DNA from: Enterobacteriaceae endosymbiont of Donacia provostii
GTDB lineage: Bacteria > Pseudomonadota > Gammaproteobacteria > Enterobacterales > Enterobacteriaceae
DNA length: 32,000 bases
Assembly (NCBI RefSeq): GCF_012570145.1
Contig: NZ_CP046206.1
Location: 62,324-94,323 of the forward strand
Reading direction: 5' to 3'
Shown one piece after another: positions 1 to 8,455 of this stretch (the stretch's first letter is position 1; each line of letters begins with the position of its first letter). The notes beneath the pieces were generated by a model. That model was not told the DNA's origin. It ran no database searches and was given only the letters and a program-made list of their open reading frames with translations. Both the position numbers and the translations under genes were made by a program.

Positions 1-1030
1 TATTTTCTAATTTTATAAAAGTATTATATAAACTATATTTTATATAAAATAAAGACATATTATTATTAATAATAATATTAATGATATTATCAATTATTTT
101 ATTAGAATAATCATATTTTTTATTTTTTACAAAATCTGTGAATAAAATTGCACCAAAAAAAATATTTTTAGATAATATTTCATATAATATTTTTATAATT
201 TTATAATCTTTTAATGAAAGAATTAATAATGATTTTTTAAATTTTTTTTGTTCTATAAAAATTTTTTTATCTAAGTAAATAATATATTTAATTTTTTGAA
301 ATTTATTATTATTAATAATATTACAATTTAAATAATTAAATATTAATTTCATATTAATACCAAATACAAAATTTTTTAACCACGGAATCAATATAATATT
401 ATTTTTTTTATAAATAAAATTTTTTTTATGTATAAAATTATTTTTTTTTTTATAAATAAAATTTTTAAAAATATTTAAATTATAAAAAAAAGGATTATTA
501 TTTTGGTATTCATATGGATTTTTAATTAATAAATATATATTTTGAATATTAAAATTATGTATTTTTTCTTTAAAAAGAATATTAATTTTGGATTTTATTT
601 TTTCTAAATTATTTTCTATTTTAGACATTGATGTAACAAAAATTATTTTTGCATTAAAAATATTTGCTATATCACAATTTAATTGAAATATTAATTGTTT
701 AATATAAATAGGTATTATTCCTTCTATAAATAGAATAGAAGTATTATCTTTATTTTTTAAAGATTTTTTTATTATATTATTAATAATATTATTATAACTA
801 ATATTTTTTTTAAATACATTAATATCATTAATTTTTATTGGATTAATGGATTTTATATTAGAAAAATTACATGTATTTAAAATATTATTAGTATAATTAA
901 AATTATAATATTCTATTTTAGAAATAGGTTTAAAAAAATTACATTTTAATTTATTATCTTCTATAATTTTTAAAAATCCTAAATTAATACTTGTAAAAAA
1001 ATGTATATCTATATCTAAAGGTATAGACAT
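1..1030 (-). CDS. pta: Phosphate acetyltransferase, N-terminal part (5' partial; the gene continues past the left edge of the window)
   Basis: Not in the ORF track. I checked the minus-strand frame starting at ATG 1030..1028 codon by codon and found no stop down to position 2. The translation begins MSIPLDIDIHFFTSINLGF. It contains ILFIEGIIP and NAKIIFVTS, which align with E. coli Pta VVLVEGLVP and NAEIVFVMS. It lies 50 bp downstream of ackA, matching the conserved ackA-pta operon order. Confidence 0.8.
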   Translation of the reverse strand, partial: MSIPLDIDIHFFTSINLGFLKIIEDNKLKCNFFKPISKIEYYNFNYTNNILNTCNFSNIKSINPIKINDINVFKKNISYNNIINNIIKKSLKNKDNTSILFIEGIIPIYIKQLIFQLNCDIANIFNAKIIFVTSMSKIENNLEKIKSKINILFKEKIHNFNIQNIYLLIKNPYEYQNNNPFFYNLNIFKNFIYKKKNNFIHKKNFIYKKNNIILIPWLKNFVFGINMKLIFNYLNCNIINNNKFQKIKYIIYLDKKIFIEQKKFKKSLLILSLKDYKIIKILYEILSKNIFFGAILFTDFVKNKKYDYSNKIIDNIINIIINNNMSLFYIKYSLYNTFIKLEN

Positions 1031-1079
1031 AATAACTTTTTTTTTAAACATTACTATTACCTTTTAAATTTTTTAAAAA

Positions 1080-2288
1080 TTAATATTTTAGATTATTAAT
1101 AATTTTAAATGTATCTTGTGCTATCATTAATTCTTCATTTGTAGGTATAACTAATATTGGTATACTTAAATGAGTACTTATAATTCCCATTTTACCTTGT
1201 TTAGTTTTATAATTTAAATTTTTATCAATAAAAAATTTTAAAATTTTTAATTTTTTTATAGTTTTTTCTCTAATTAATACACTATTTTCTCCAATTCCAC
1301 CTGTAAAAATTATTGCATTTATTTTATTATTCATTAATACACTATAAGAAGCTATATATTTAATTAAACTATGTATAAATACATTAGTAGCGATTTTAAT
1401 ATTTTTATTTTTATAATAATTTTCTTCAATATATCTAAAATCACTAGTAATATTTGTTAGTCCTAACATACCTGATTTTTGAGTTAAAATATTATATATT
1501 TTATTTATATTAAAATTTAATTTATCATACATGTAAAAAATAATTGCTGGATCAATATTTCCACATCTAGTTCCCATAACTAATCCTTCTAATGGAGTTA
1601 ATCCCATAGAAGTATCTATACTTTTACCGTTATTTATTGCTGTAATAGATGAACCATTTCCTAAATGACATGAAATACAATTAAAATTATTTAATTCTAT
1701 ATTTAAAAATTTAGCTGCTACTTTTGTTACATATTTATGACTAGTACCATGTGCTCCATAACGACGTATTTTATATTTTTTATAAAATTTAATAGGTAAT
1801 CCATATAAATATGATTCTATAGGCATGGTTTGATGAAAGGATGTATCAAATACAGCTACCTGTTTATTTTTTAAATGAGGTAAAATTGTTTTTATTTTTT
1901 TTATACCTACTATTTGAATTGGATTATGTAAAGGCGCAAAAACAGATGCTCTTTTTATTTCTTTAAGAACTATATCCGTAATTAATGTAGAATTAGTAAA
2001 TTTATTTCCACCATGTACTATTCTATGACCAATACCTACAATATTATCATATAGTGAATATTTTTTAAATATTTCTTTTATTATATAATTTAATACAAAT
2101 TTATGAGTAATTTTATTATTAAAAGTTATTTCATTTTTTTTATTATTAAAATTCCATATAATTGAACTTTTATCATTAAAATTTTCAGCTAAACCATATA
2201 ATATTTTTTTTTTTTTTATTGGATTTATAACTGAAAATTTTAATGATGAACTGCCACAATTTATCACAAATATTAATTTTTCTAACAT
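1080..2288 (-). CDS. ackA: Acetate kinase
   Basis: 402 aa (E. coli 400). The N-terminal VINCGSSSLKF ASKHA motif is present, and the protein is collinear throughout (HRIVHGG, GTRCGNIDP, FTGGIGENS). It lies upstream of pta. Confidence 0.95.
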   Translation of the reverse strand: MLEKLIFVINCGSSSLKFSVINPIKKKKILYGLAENFNDKSSIIWNFNNKKNEITFNNKITHKFVLNYIIKEIFKKYSLYDNIVGIGHRIVHGGNKFTNSTLITDIVLKEIKRASVFAPLHNPIQIVGIKKIKTILPHLKNKQVAVFDTSFHQTMPIESYLYGLPIKFYKKYKIRRYGAHGTSHKYVTKVAAKFLNIELNNFNCISCHLGNGSSITAINNGKSIDTSMGLTPLEGLVMGTRCGNIDPAIIFYMYDKLNFNINKIYNILTQKSGMLGLTNITSDFRYIEENYYKNKNIKIATNVFIHSLIKYIASYSVLMNNKINAIIFTGGIGENSVLIREKTIKKLKILKFFIDKNLNYKTKQGKMGIISTHLSIPILVIPTNEELMIAQDTFKIINNLKY

Positions 2289-2385
2289 TTAAATATCCTA
2301 TATATTTTATATAAATATATAATTATATAGAAAAAAATTATAAAGTTATATAAAAAAAATATTATAAAAATTTTTAAATATATTA

Positions 2386-2414
2386 TATACATCATAAATA
2401 ATTTATTATATAAT
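2386..2414 (+). promoter_or_regulatory. Candidate sigma70 promoter for the tRNA-Cys/tRNA-Leu pair
   Basis: A perfect TATAAT sits at 2409..2414, 11 nt before the mature tRNA-Cys 5' end. TATACA (4/6 match to TTGACA) sits at 2386..2391 with a 17-nt spacer. TATAAT-like strings are frequent by chance in DNA this AT-rich. Confidence 0.25.
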
Positions 2415-2425
2415 CAGCCTTATTA

Positions 2426-2496
2426 GGCGCATTGGCAGAATGGTTATGCAGAGGATTGCAAATCCTTTTATTTCGGTTCAATTCCGGGATGCGCCT
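2426..2496 (+). tRNA. cysT: tRNA-Cys (anticodon GCA)
   Basis: The 71-nt sequence folds as a cloverleaf by hand. Acceptor stem GGCGCAT/ATGCGCC, anticodon arm GAGGA-TTGCAAA-TCCTT, T arm TTCGG-TTCAATT-CCGGG, discriminator U. No CCA is encoded. The cysT-leuZ adjacency matches E. coli. Confidence 0.9.
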
Positions 2497-2513
2497 AAAA
2501 TATATTTTATTTT

Positions 2514-2600
2514 ACCCAGGTGGTGGAATTGGTAGACACAAGGGACTTAAAATCCCTCGGCATTTATATTGCTATGCGGGTTCAATTCCCGCTCTGGGTA
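2514..2600 (+). tRNA. leuZ: tRNA-Leu (anticodon UAA), class II with long variable arm
   Basis: It is nearly collinear with E. coli leuZ as I recall it (GGTGGAATTGGTAGACACAAGGGACTTAAAATCCCTCGG...GCGGGTTCAATTCCCGC). Acceptor stem ACCCAGG/TCTGGGT, discriminator A. No CCA is encoded. Confidence 0.9.
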
Positions 2601-2619
2601 AAATAGAAATATAATGTTT

Positions 2620-3081
2620 TTATAAAAAATATTTATATTTTTGTAAAATATTATTAATAATAATAATTATTAATGAATTATTTTTTTTAATTAAATAATT
2701 ATAAAATTCTTTATCTATATGTTTTATTGAATATAAAAAAATAAAGATTATTAAAAATCCTTTAAATAAACCAAAAAATAATCCTAATATTTTATTTATA
2801 TTTTTAATATAAATATTCTTAATATTTATATTTAAATAACTTTTAATTGTAAATCCTATAATTAAAATAAATATAAAACAAAAAAATAATAAAAATATTT
2901 TTTTAAAATAGAAATTATTTATTTTTTTTACTACAAATATATAATGGTAGTATTTTTTAGATATATAAAAAGATATAAACCAAACAATTATAGTTAATAC
3001 TTCATTTATAAAACCTCTATAAAAACTTATTACAGAACAATATATTAATATAAATATGAGTACATAATTCACTATTAACAT
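2620..3081 (-). CDS. cvpA: Colicin V production protein homolog (inner-membrane protein)
   Basis: 153 aa and multi-pass hydrophobic. YRGFINEVLTII and ILGLFFGLFKGFLII align with E. coli CvpA IRGFVREALSLV and VLGVCFGALRGVLIV. It sits in the same neighbourhood as truA, as in E. coli. Confidence 0.8.
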   Translation of the reverse strand: MLIVNYVLIFILIYCSVISFYRGFINEVLTIIVWFISFYISKKYYHYIFVVKKINNFYFKKIFLLFFCFIFILIIGFTIKSYLNINIKNIYIKNINKILGLFFGLFKGFLIIFIFLYSIKHIDKEFYNYLIKKNNSLIIIIINNILQKYKYFL

Positions 3082-3192
3082 AGTTAGATATATTACCTAT
3101 TTAAATAAAATAAGATAACATATTTATTTTTTTTAAAAAAAATACAAATTTTTAAAAATTACTTTTTTAACAAAATATATTTTTTAACAAAA

Positions 3193-4020
3193 TTATTTTT
3201 TTATATTTTTAAAAATTAAGTAATTATTATAATTTGATTTAGGAATACCAAAATATTTGGGGTATTTAACTTCTACTAAAAATAAACCATCGGGTTTTAC
3301 AGTAATAGATGCTTTTGTTCTATCTTTAATTTTAATTAATTCTAATAACCAATCTTCTTTTTTTTTTCCAGTACCAATTTCTAATAAGTTACCTACAATA
3401 TTTCTTACCATATGATATAAAAAAGCATTTGCTTTAATATCTATTAAAATATAATTTCCATATTTTTTAATATCACAATAAATAATTTTTCTATAAGAAG
3501 AACTATTTTTTTTTTTATTACATTGAAAAGATGTAAAATCATGTTCTCCTAATAAATATTTAATTGCATTTTTCATTTTTATTATATCTAATTTTTTTCT
3601 ATATAAAGTAACTAGATTATTAAATATTGCAGATTTATATGTATTATTATAAATAATATATATATATCTACGAGATAAAGCACTAAATCTAGCATGAAAT
3701 TGTTTTTTTACAGAAATTATCCATGTAACAACTATATCATTAGGTAAAAGACTATTTATACCTAAAAACCAAGATTTTTCACTTCTAAAACTAAATGTTT
3801 CAAAATGAATAACTTGTCCTATACTATGTACACCTATATCAGTTCTACCTGCACAAAATATATTTATATTATGGTTAGCAATTTTTGAAATAACTTTTTC
3901 TAAATATCCTTGTATAGTTTTTTTATAATTCATATTTTGTTTTTGCCATCCATGATAATTAGTTCCATTATATTCAATACCTAATGCAAATTTATATTTT
4001 TTTGCAAAGTTAATTTTCAT
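3193..4020 (-). CDS. truA: tRNA pseudouridine(38-40) synthase
   Basis: 275 aa. GIEYNGTNYHGWQKQ and the catalytic-Asp motif CAGRTDIGVHSIGQVIHF are present. Confidence 0.93.
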   Translation of the reverse strand: MKINFAKKYKFALGIEYNGTNYHGWQKQNMNYKKTIQGYLEKVISKIANHNINIFCAGRTDIGVHSIGQVIHFETFSFRSEKSWFLGINSLLPNDIVVTWIISVKKQFHARFSALSRRYIYIIYNNTYKSAIFNNLVTLYRKKLDIIKMKNAIKYLLGEHDFTSFQCNKKKNSSSYRKIIYCDIKKYGNYILIDIKANAFLYHMVRNIVGNLLEIGTGKKKEDWLLELIKIKDRTKASITVKPDGLFLVEVKYPKYFGIPKSNYNNYLIFKNIKK

Positions 4021-4169
4021 ATAAATAATATATAATAATCTTTTTTATTATGTTTATTATTTTACTGAAAATTTAGTTACATTTTTAAAAAAAATTATAT
4101 AGAATGTTAATTTAACAAATTATATTTAAAAATATCTAATAATATTGAATATTTTTATGAGTATTAGAC

Positions 4170-5387
4170 ATGAAAAAAATATATAAAAAATTTAATAAAT
4201 TTTTTTTCAAAATAATAAAATTAATAATTACTATATTACTATTACATTCTACAATTATATATGCTAACGAAGATATATTTAATGTAAAATTACAACCAAA
4301 TATTAATGCAAAATCATATATATTAATAGATTATAATACAGGTATGATTTTAACCGAAAAAAATTCTAATAAAATTCAAAAACCAGCTAGTTTGGCAAAA
4401 ATTATGACAAGTTATGTAATTGGCAAAGCTTTAGCAAAAAAAAAATTACATCGTAATGATTTTGTAACTATCAGTAAAAATGCTTGGGCTACTGGTAATA
4501 CTGAATTTAATGGTTCATCATTGATGTTTTTAAAAGTAGGAGATCGTATTTCTGTAAAAAATTTAATAAAGGGAATTATTTTACAATCAGGAAATGATGC
4601 TTGTGTAGCTATAGCAGAATATATCTCTGGTAATCAACAAAATTTCGTAAAATTAATGAATTTTTATGCAAAAAAAATAGGATTAAAAAATACTATTTTT
4701 AAAAATGTACATGGATTAGATGAATCTGGACAATATACAACGGCACAAGATATTGCTATTATGGGTAAATCTTTAATAAGAGATTTTCCTTATGAATATG
4801 CTATTTATAAAGAAAAAAGTTTTACTTTTAATCATATTAATCAAAAAAATCGTAATTTATTATTATGGGATAAAACTCTACATGTAGATGGAATTAAAAC
4901 AGGTCATACTAAAGATGCAGGCTATAATATTATAGCTTCTGCAACAAAAAGAAATATGAGATTAATTGTTGTAATTTTAGGTGATAAAACAGAACAAGAT
5001 CGTAAAAAAAATAGTAAAAAATTATTAAATTGGGGTTTTGAAACATTTCGTACAATTCATCCTATAAAAAAATATCAAAAAATAGCATCTATTCCTATTT
5101 TATATGGTAGACAATCATATGTTAGAATTGGAATTAAAAATGATGTATATTTAACTATTATTAAAAATCAAGAAAAAAAAATAAAAATTTTATATCATAT
5201 TAAAAATAATAAAATTTTTGCTCCTATATATAAAAATCAAATCTTAGGACATATGACTTTTATTATTAATAATCATGTTATTGAAAATTATCCATTAATT
5301 GCATTAGAAAATGTATCAAAAGGAAATTTTTTAGTACGTTTTTTAGATTATATAAGATTATTGTTAAATAAATGGATACATCAGTAA
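4170..5387 (+). CDS. dacA: D-alanyl-D-alanine carboxypeptidase (PBP5-like)
   Basis: 405 aa. Signal peptide ending IIYA/NE, SxxK (ASLAKIMT), SGND and KTGHT motifs, and a C-terminal amphipathic anchor (FLVRFLDYIRLLLNKW). The dacA-lipB-lipA synteny is conserved. Confidence 0.93.
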   Translation: MKKIYKKFNKFFFKIIKLIITILLLHSTIIYANEDIFNVKLQPNINAKSYILIDYNTGMILTEKNSNKIQKPASLAKIMTSYVIGKALAKKKLHRNDFVTISKNAWATGNTEFNGSSLMFLKVGDRISVKNLIKGIILQSGNDACVAIAEYISGNQQNFVKLMNFYAKKIGLKNTIFKNVHGLDESGQYTTAQDIAIMGKSLIRDFPYEYAIYKEKSFTFNHINQKNRNLLLWDKTLHVDGIKTGHTKDAGYNIIASATKRNMRLIVVILGDKTEQDRKKNSKKLLNWGFETFRTIHPIKKYQKIASIPILYGRQSYVRIGIKNDVYLTIIKNQEKKIKILYHIKNNKIFAPIYKNQILGHMTFIINNHVIENYPLIALENVSKGNFLVRFLDYIRLLLNKWIHQ

Positions 5388-5422
5388 AAATTAATATAAA
5401 TTTAAAATATTAATATATAATA

Positions 5423-6046
5423 ATGTATAATAAAAATTTTATTATAAGAAATCTTGGTATAGAACATTGGTATTATACTTATAAAAAAATGTATAATTTT
5501 AATTATACACGATCTAATCAAACTTTAGATGAAATATGGTTAGTTGAACATTATCCTGTTTTTACTCAAGGAAAATTATCCAATATAAACGATATAATTA
5601 GTTATAATCATAATATACCTATATTTTGTACTGATAGAGGGGGAAAAATCACTTATCATGCTCCAGGACAACAAATTATGTATATTTTAATAAATTTAAA
5701 GAGAAGAAAATTGAGTATTAGATTTTTAATTAATTGTTTAAAACAAACTATCATAAATATATTATTATATTTTAATATATCATCTAATTCATATTTTAAA
5801 GATATTTCTGGTATATATATAAATAATAAAAAAATAGCATCTATAGGTATAAAGATTTCTAAAGGATGTACTCTTCATGGAATGTCATTTAATATTAATA
5901 TGAATTTATTACCTTTTAGTTATATTAATCCATGTGGTTTAAAACAATTAAAAATGATAAATTTACAAAATTATATTTATAATGTAAAAATATTTAAAAT
6001 TAGAAAATTTTTAGTAGATGAATTTTTATTTTTAATAAATAATTAA
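5423..6046 (+). CDS. lipB: Octanoyltransferase (lipoyl(octanoyl) transferase)
   Basis: 207 aa. EIWLVEHYPVFTQG and RGGKITYHAPGQ are present. It lies between dacA and lipA. Confidence 0.92.
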   Translation: MYNKNFIIRNLGIEHWYYTYKKMYNFNYTRSNQTLDEIWLVEHYPVFTQGKLSNINDIISYNHNIPIFCTDRGGKITYHAPGQQIMYILINLKRRKLSIRFLINCLKQTIINILLYFNISSNSYFKDISGIYINNKKIASIGIKISKGCTLHGMSFNINMNLLPFSYINPCGLKQLKMINLQNYIYNVKIFKIRKFLVDEFLFLINN

Positions 6047-6093
6047 TATTATATTATTGTATTAATTAAATTTAATATATTTTATATAAAAAA

Positions 6094-6963
6094 ATGAAAA
6101 AAAAAATTTCTAAAAAACCTAATTGGATTAAAATTAAATTTTCAATTCAAAATATTAATAAAATAAAAAAAATAAAATCTTTTTTAAGAAAAAATAAATT
6201 ACATTCTATTTGTGAAGAAGCATCATGTCCTAATTTAATAGAATGTTTTAGTAAAGGTCAATTAACTTTTATGATTTTAGGCAATATATGTACAAGAAAT
6301 TGTTTATATTGTAATGTTGTTCATGGTAGACCTCAACAAAAATATGATGAATATGAAGCTTCTAAATTAGCTAGTATTGTATCTTTAATGAAATTAAAAT
6401 ATGTTGTTATTACTTCAGTTACTCGTGATGATTTACATGACGGAGGAGCACAACAATTTATTAATTGTATAAAAAAAATACGTAAAAAAAATTCTAAAAT
6501 TAAAATAGAAATTCTTGTTCCTGATTTTAAAAATTGTATTGAAAAAGCTTTAAAAATATTTCGTAATGCTTTACCTGATGTTTTTAATCATAATATAGAA
6601 ACAGTAGAAAATTTATATAAAAAAGTAAGACCTGCTGGTAAATATAAAAAATCTTTAATTTTATTAAAAAGATTTAAATATTTATTTCCTAAAATTTTAA
6701 CTAAATCTGGATTAATGGTAGGTTTAGGTGAAACAAAAAAAGAGTTATTTAAAACTATAAAAGATTTAAAGAATAATGGAGTTGATATTTTAACTATTGG
6801 ACAATACTTACAACCAAGTAAAAATCATATCCCTGTGTCAAATTATATTAGTCCAAATGAATTTAATGAAATTAAAATTAAAGCAAAAAATCTAGGTTTT
6901 AAAAAAGTAATATGTGGTCCCTTTATACGTTCTTCATATAATGCAGAAAATTATTTTTATTAA
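6094..6963 (+). CDS. lipA: Lipoyl synthase (radical SAM)
   Basis: 289 aa. The auxiliary-cluster motif CEEASCPNLIEC and the radical-SAM motif CTRNCLYC are present. The N terminus is about 30 aa shorter than the E. coli protein. Confidence 0.95.
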   Translation: MKKKISKKPNWIKIKFSIQNINKIKKIKSFLRKNKLHSICEEASCPNLIECFSKGQLTFMILGNICTRNCLYCNVVHGRPQQKYDEYEASKLASIVSLMKLKYVVITSVTRDDLHDGGAQQFINCIKKIRKKNSKIKIEILVPDFKNCIEKALKIFRNALPDVFNHNIETVENLYKKVRPAGKYKKSLILLKRFKYLFPKILTKSGLMVGLGETKKELFKTIKDLKNNGVDILTIGQYLQPSKNHIPVSNYISPNEFNEIKIKAKNLGFKKVICGPFIRSSYNAENYFY

Positions 6964-6981
6964 AATTTATAAAATAAATAA

Positions 6982-7094
6982 TGCCTCTGAAAATTTTATT
7001 TTATTAATGTTATTTAAAATTCTTTTATTTATATATTCTTAATATAAGAAGACTATTTTAAATAATTAAAAATTATAAAATTTTATCAGAGGCA
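6982..7094. terminator. Long GC-clamped imperfect hairpin between convergent lipA and cspE (candidate bidirectional terminator)
   Basis: TGCCTCTGAAAATTTTAT (6982..6999) pairs with ATAAAATTTTATCAGAGGCA (7075..7094) as 8 bp, a 2-nt bulge, then 10 bp. An inner pairing joins TTATTTAAAAT (7010..7020) to ATTTTAAATAA (7055..7065). An apical hairpin is TTCTTA-ATA-TAAGAA (7036..7050). Confidence 0.45.
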
Positions 7095-7132
7095 AATAAT
7101 ATTTTAAACCCTTTCTGAACAGCTATAAAAGT

Positions 7133-7342
7133 TTAAAGAGCAACAACATTAGCTGCAGAAGGTCCTTTGGCTCCGTTAGTAATTTCAAATTCTACTTTTT
7201 GGCCTTCAGTTAATGTTTTAAAACCACTACTTTGAATTGCAGAAAAATGTACAAAAACATCTTTACTGCCGTCTTCAGGAGTAATGAAACCAAAACCTTT
7301 AGATTCATTAAACCACTTAACGTTACCTTTAATCTTGGACAT
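7133..7342 (-). CDS. cspE: Cold-shock-domain protein CspE
   Basis: From ATG 7342 the 69-aa product [37 protein letters not shown]... is almost identical to E. coli CspE as I recall it. The extra first M in the track is a TTG at 7345. An AAGG Shine-Dalgarno sequence lies upstream. The gene is visibly more GC-rich than its surroundings. Confidence 0.95.
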   Translation of the reverse strand: MSKIKGNVKWFNESKGFGFITPEDGSKDVFVHFSAIQSSGFKTLTEGQKVEFEITNGAKGPSAANVVAL

Positions 7343-7440
7343 CAATTATTACCTTTACATAAAAATAGACACTAAAATTGTGTCATTTAAAAGTACATCA
7401 ATTAATAATACATTTGTCTAGTGAAACAAATCAAAAAGCT
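7343..7440 (-). promoter_or_regulatory. Structured 5' leader of cspE
   Basis: Two small GC-containing hairpins lie in the spacer: GACAC-TAAAATT-GTGTC (7368..7384) and ATTTGT-CTAGTGAA-ACAAAT (7411..7430). Enterobacterial csp mRNAs carry long structured 5' UTRs. Confidence 0.3.
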
Positions 7441-7542
7441 GATAAATATCAAATTTTTTTAAAAAAAAAATTAATTTTATTAAATTTTAAATATATTTAA
7501 TTATTATTTTTTAATAAAAAATATATTTTTTTGAGGAAAAAA

Positions 7543-8322
7543 ATGAGTTTATTATTAGGAAAAAAAATATTAATTACAGGAGTTTTAAATAAATTATCTA
7601 TTGCTTATGGTATTGCTTGTGTTATGTATAAACATAAAGCAAATTTAATTTTTACATATCAAAAAAAAAAATATAAAAATAGAATTAAAAAATTAGTTAA
7701 GAATATGACAAAATATCCTATAATTAAATGTGACTTATCTAAAAATACAGATATTAAATTTTTATTTATAAAAATATCTAAAATATGGAAAAATTTTGAT
7801 GGTTTTGTACATTGTATTTCTTTTACTCCTGATAATACATTAAGAAAAAATTTTTTAGAAACATCACGTTTAGAATTTCAAATATCTCATGATATTAATT
7901 CTTATAGTTTATTATATATGGTAAAAAAATGTATAAATTTATTAAATAATAAATCTTCTATTATAGTATTAACCTATTTAGGATCACAAAAATTCATAAG
8001 AAATTATAATATCATGGGTTTAGCAAAAGCTTCATTAGAAGCTAATATTCGTTATATAGCATGTAATATTGGATATAAAAATATTCGTATTAATGGGATA
8101 TCTCCAGCACCAATTAAAACTATTGCTTCTTCTAGAATAAAAAATATTAATAATATAATTAATTTATATAAAAAAAATAGTCCTTTATGTGAATCTATTA
8201 CAATAAATCATATTGGTAATGTTGCTACTTTTTTATCTTCTGATTTATCTTTAGGAATTACAGGAGAAATTATTCATCTAGATTCTGGATTTAATCTTCA
8301 AATTATTAATAACATTCAATAA
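7543..8322 (+). CDS. fabI: Enoyl-ACP reductase (NADH)
   Basis: It is collinear with E. coli FabI (GKKILITGV..KLSIAYGIA, NIMGLAKASLEAN with the catalytic Y/K region). I place the start at ATG 7543, preceded by GAGGA at 7534..7538, rather than at the TTG at 7531 used by the track. Confidence 0.93.
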   Translation: MSLLLGKKILITGVLNKLSIAYGIACVMYKHKANLIFTYQKKKYKNRIKKLVKNMTKYPIIKCDLSKNTDIKFLFIKISKIWKNFDGFVHCISFTPDNTLRKNFLETSRLEFQISHDINSYSLLYMVKKCINLLNNKSSIIVLTYLGSQKFIRNYNIMGLAKASLEANIRYIACNIGYKNIRINGISPAPIKTIASSRIKNINNIINLYKKNSPLCESITINHIGNVATFLSSDLSLGITGEIIHLDSGFNLQIINNIQ

Positions 8323-8455
8323 ATAATATATTTTATTTTATATTTTTATACAAAATAAAAATTTGAAAAATTATTTAATAAATGATAATTTGAAAATTTA
8401 AATAAATATTTTTTTATATAAAATATATAAATAATTTATTATAGGTTAAGTATTT

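Noticed and set aside
2432-2614. A 60-aa ORF on the plus strand (MAEWLCRGLQ...)
   Set aside because: It lies entirely across tRNA-Cys and tRNA-Leu. It stays open only because the tRNA genes are GC-richer and so contain no stop codons. It is not a gene.
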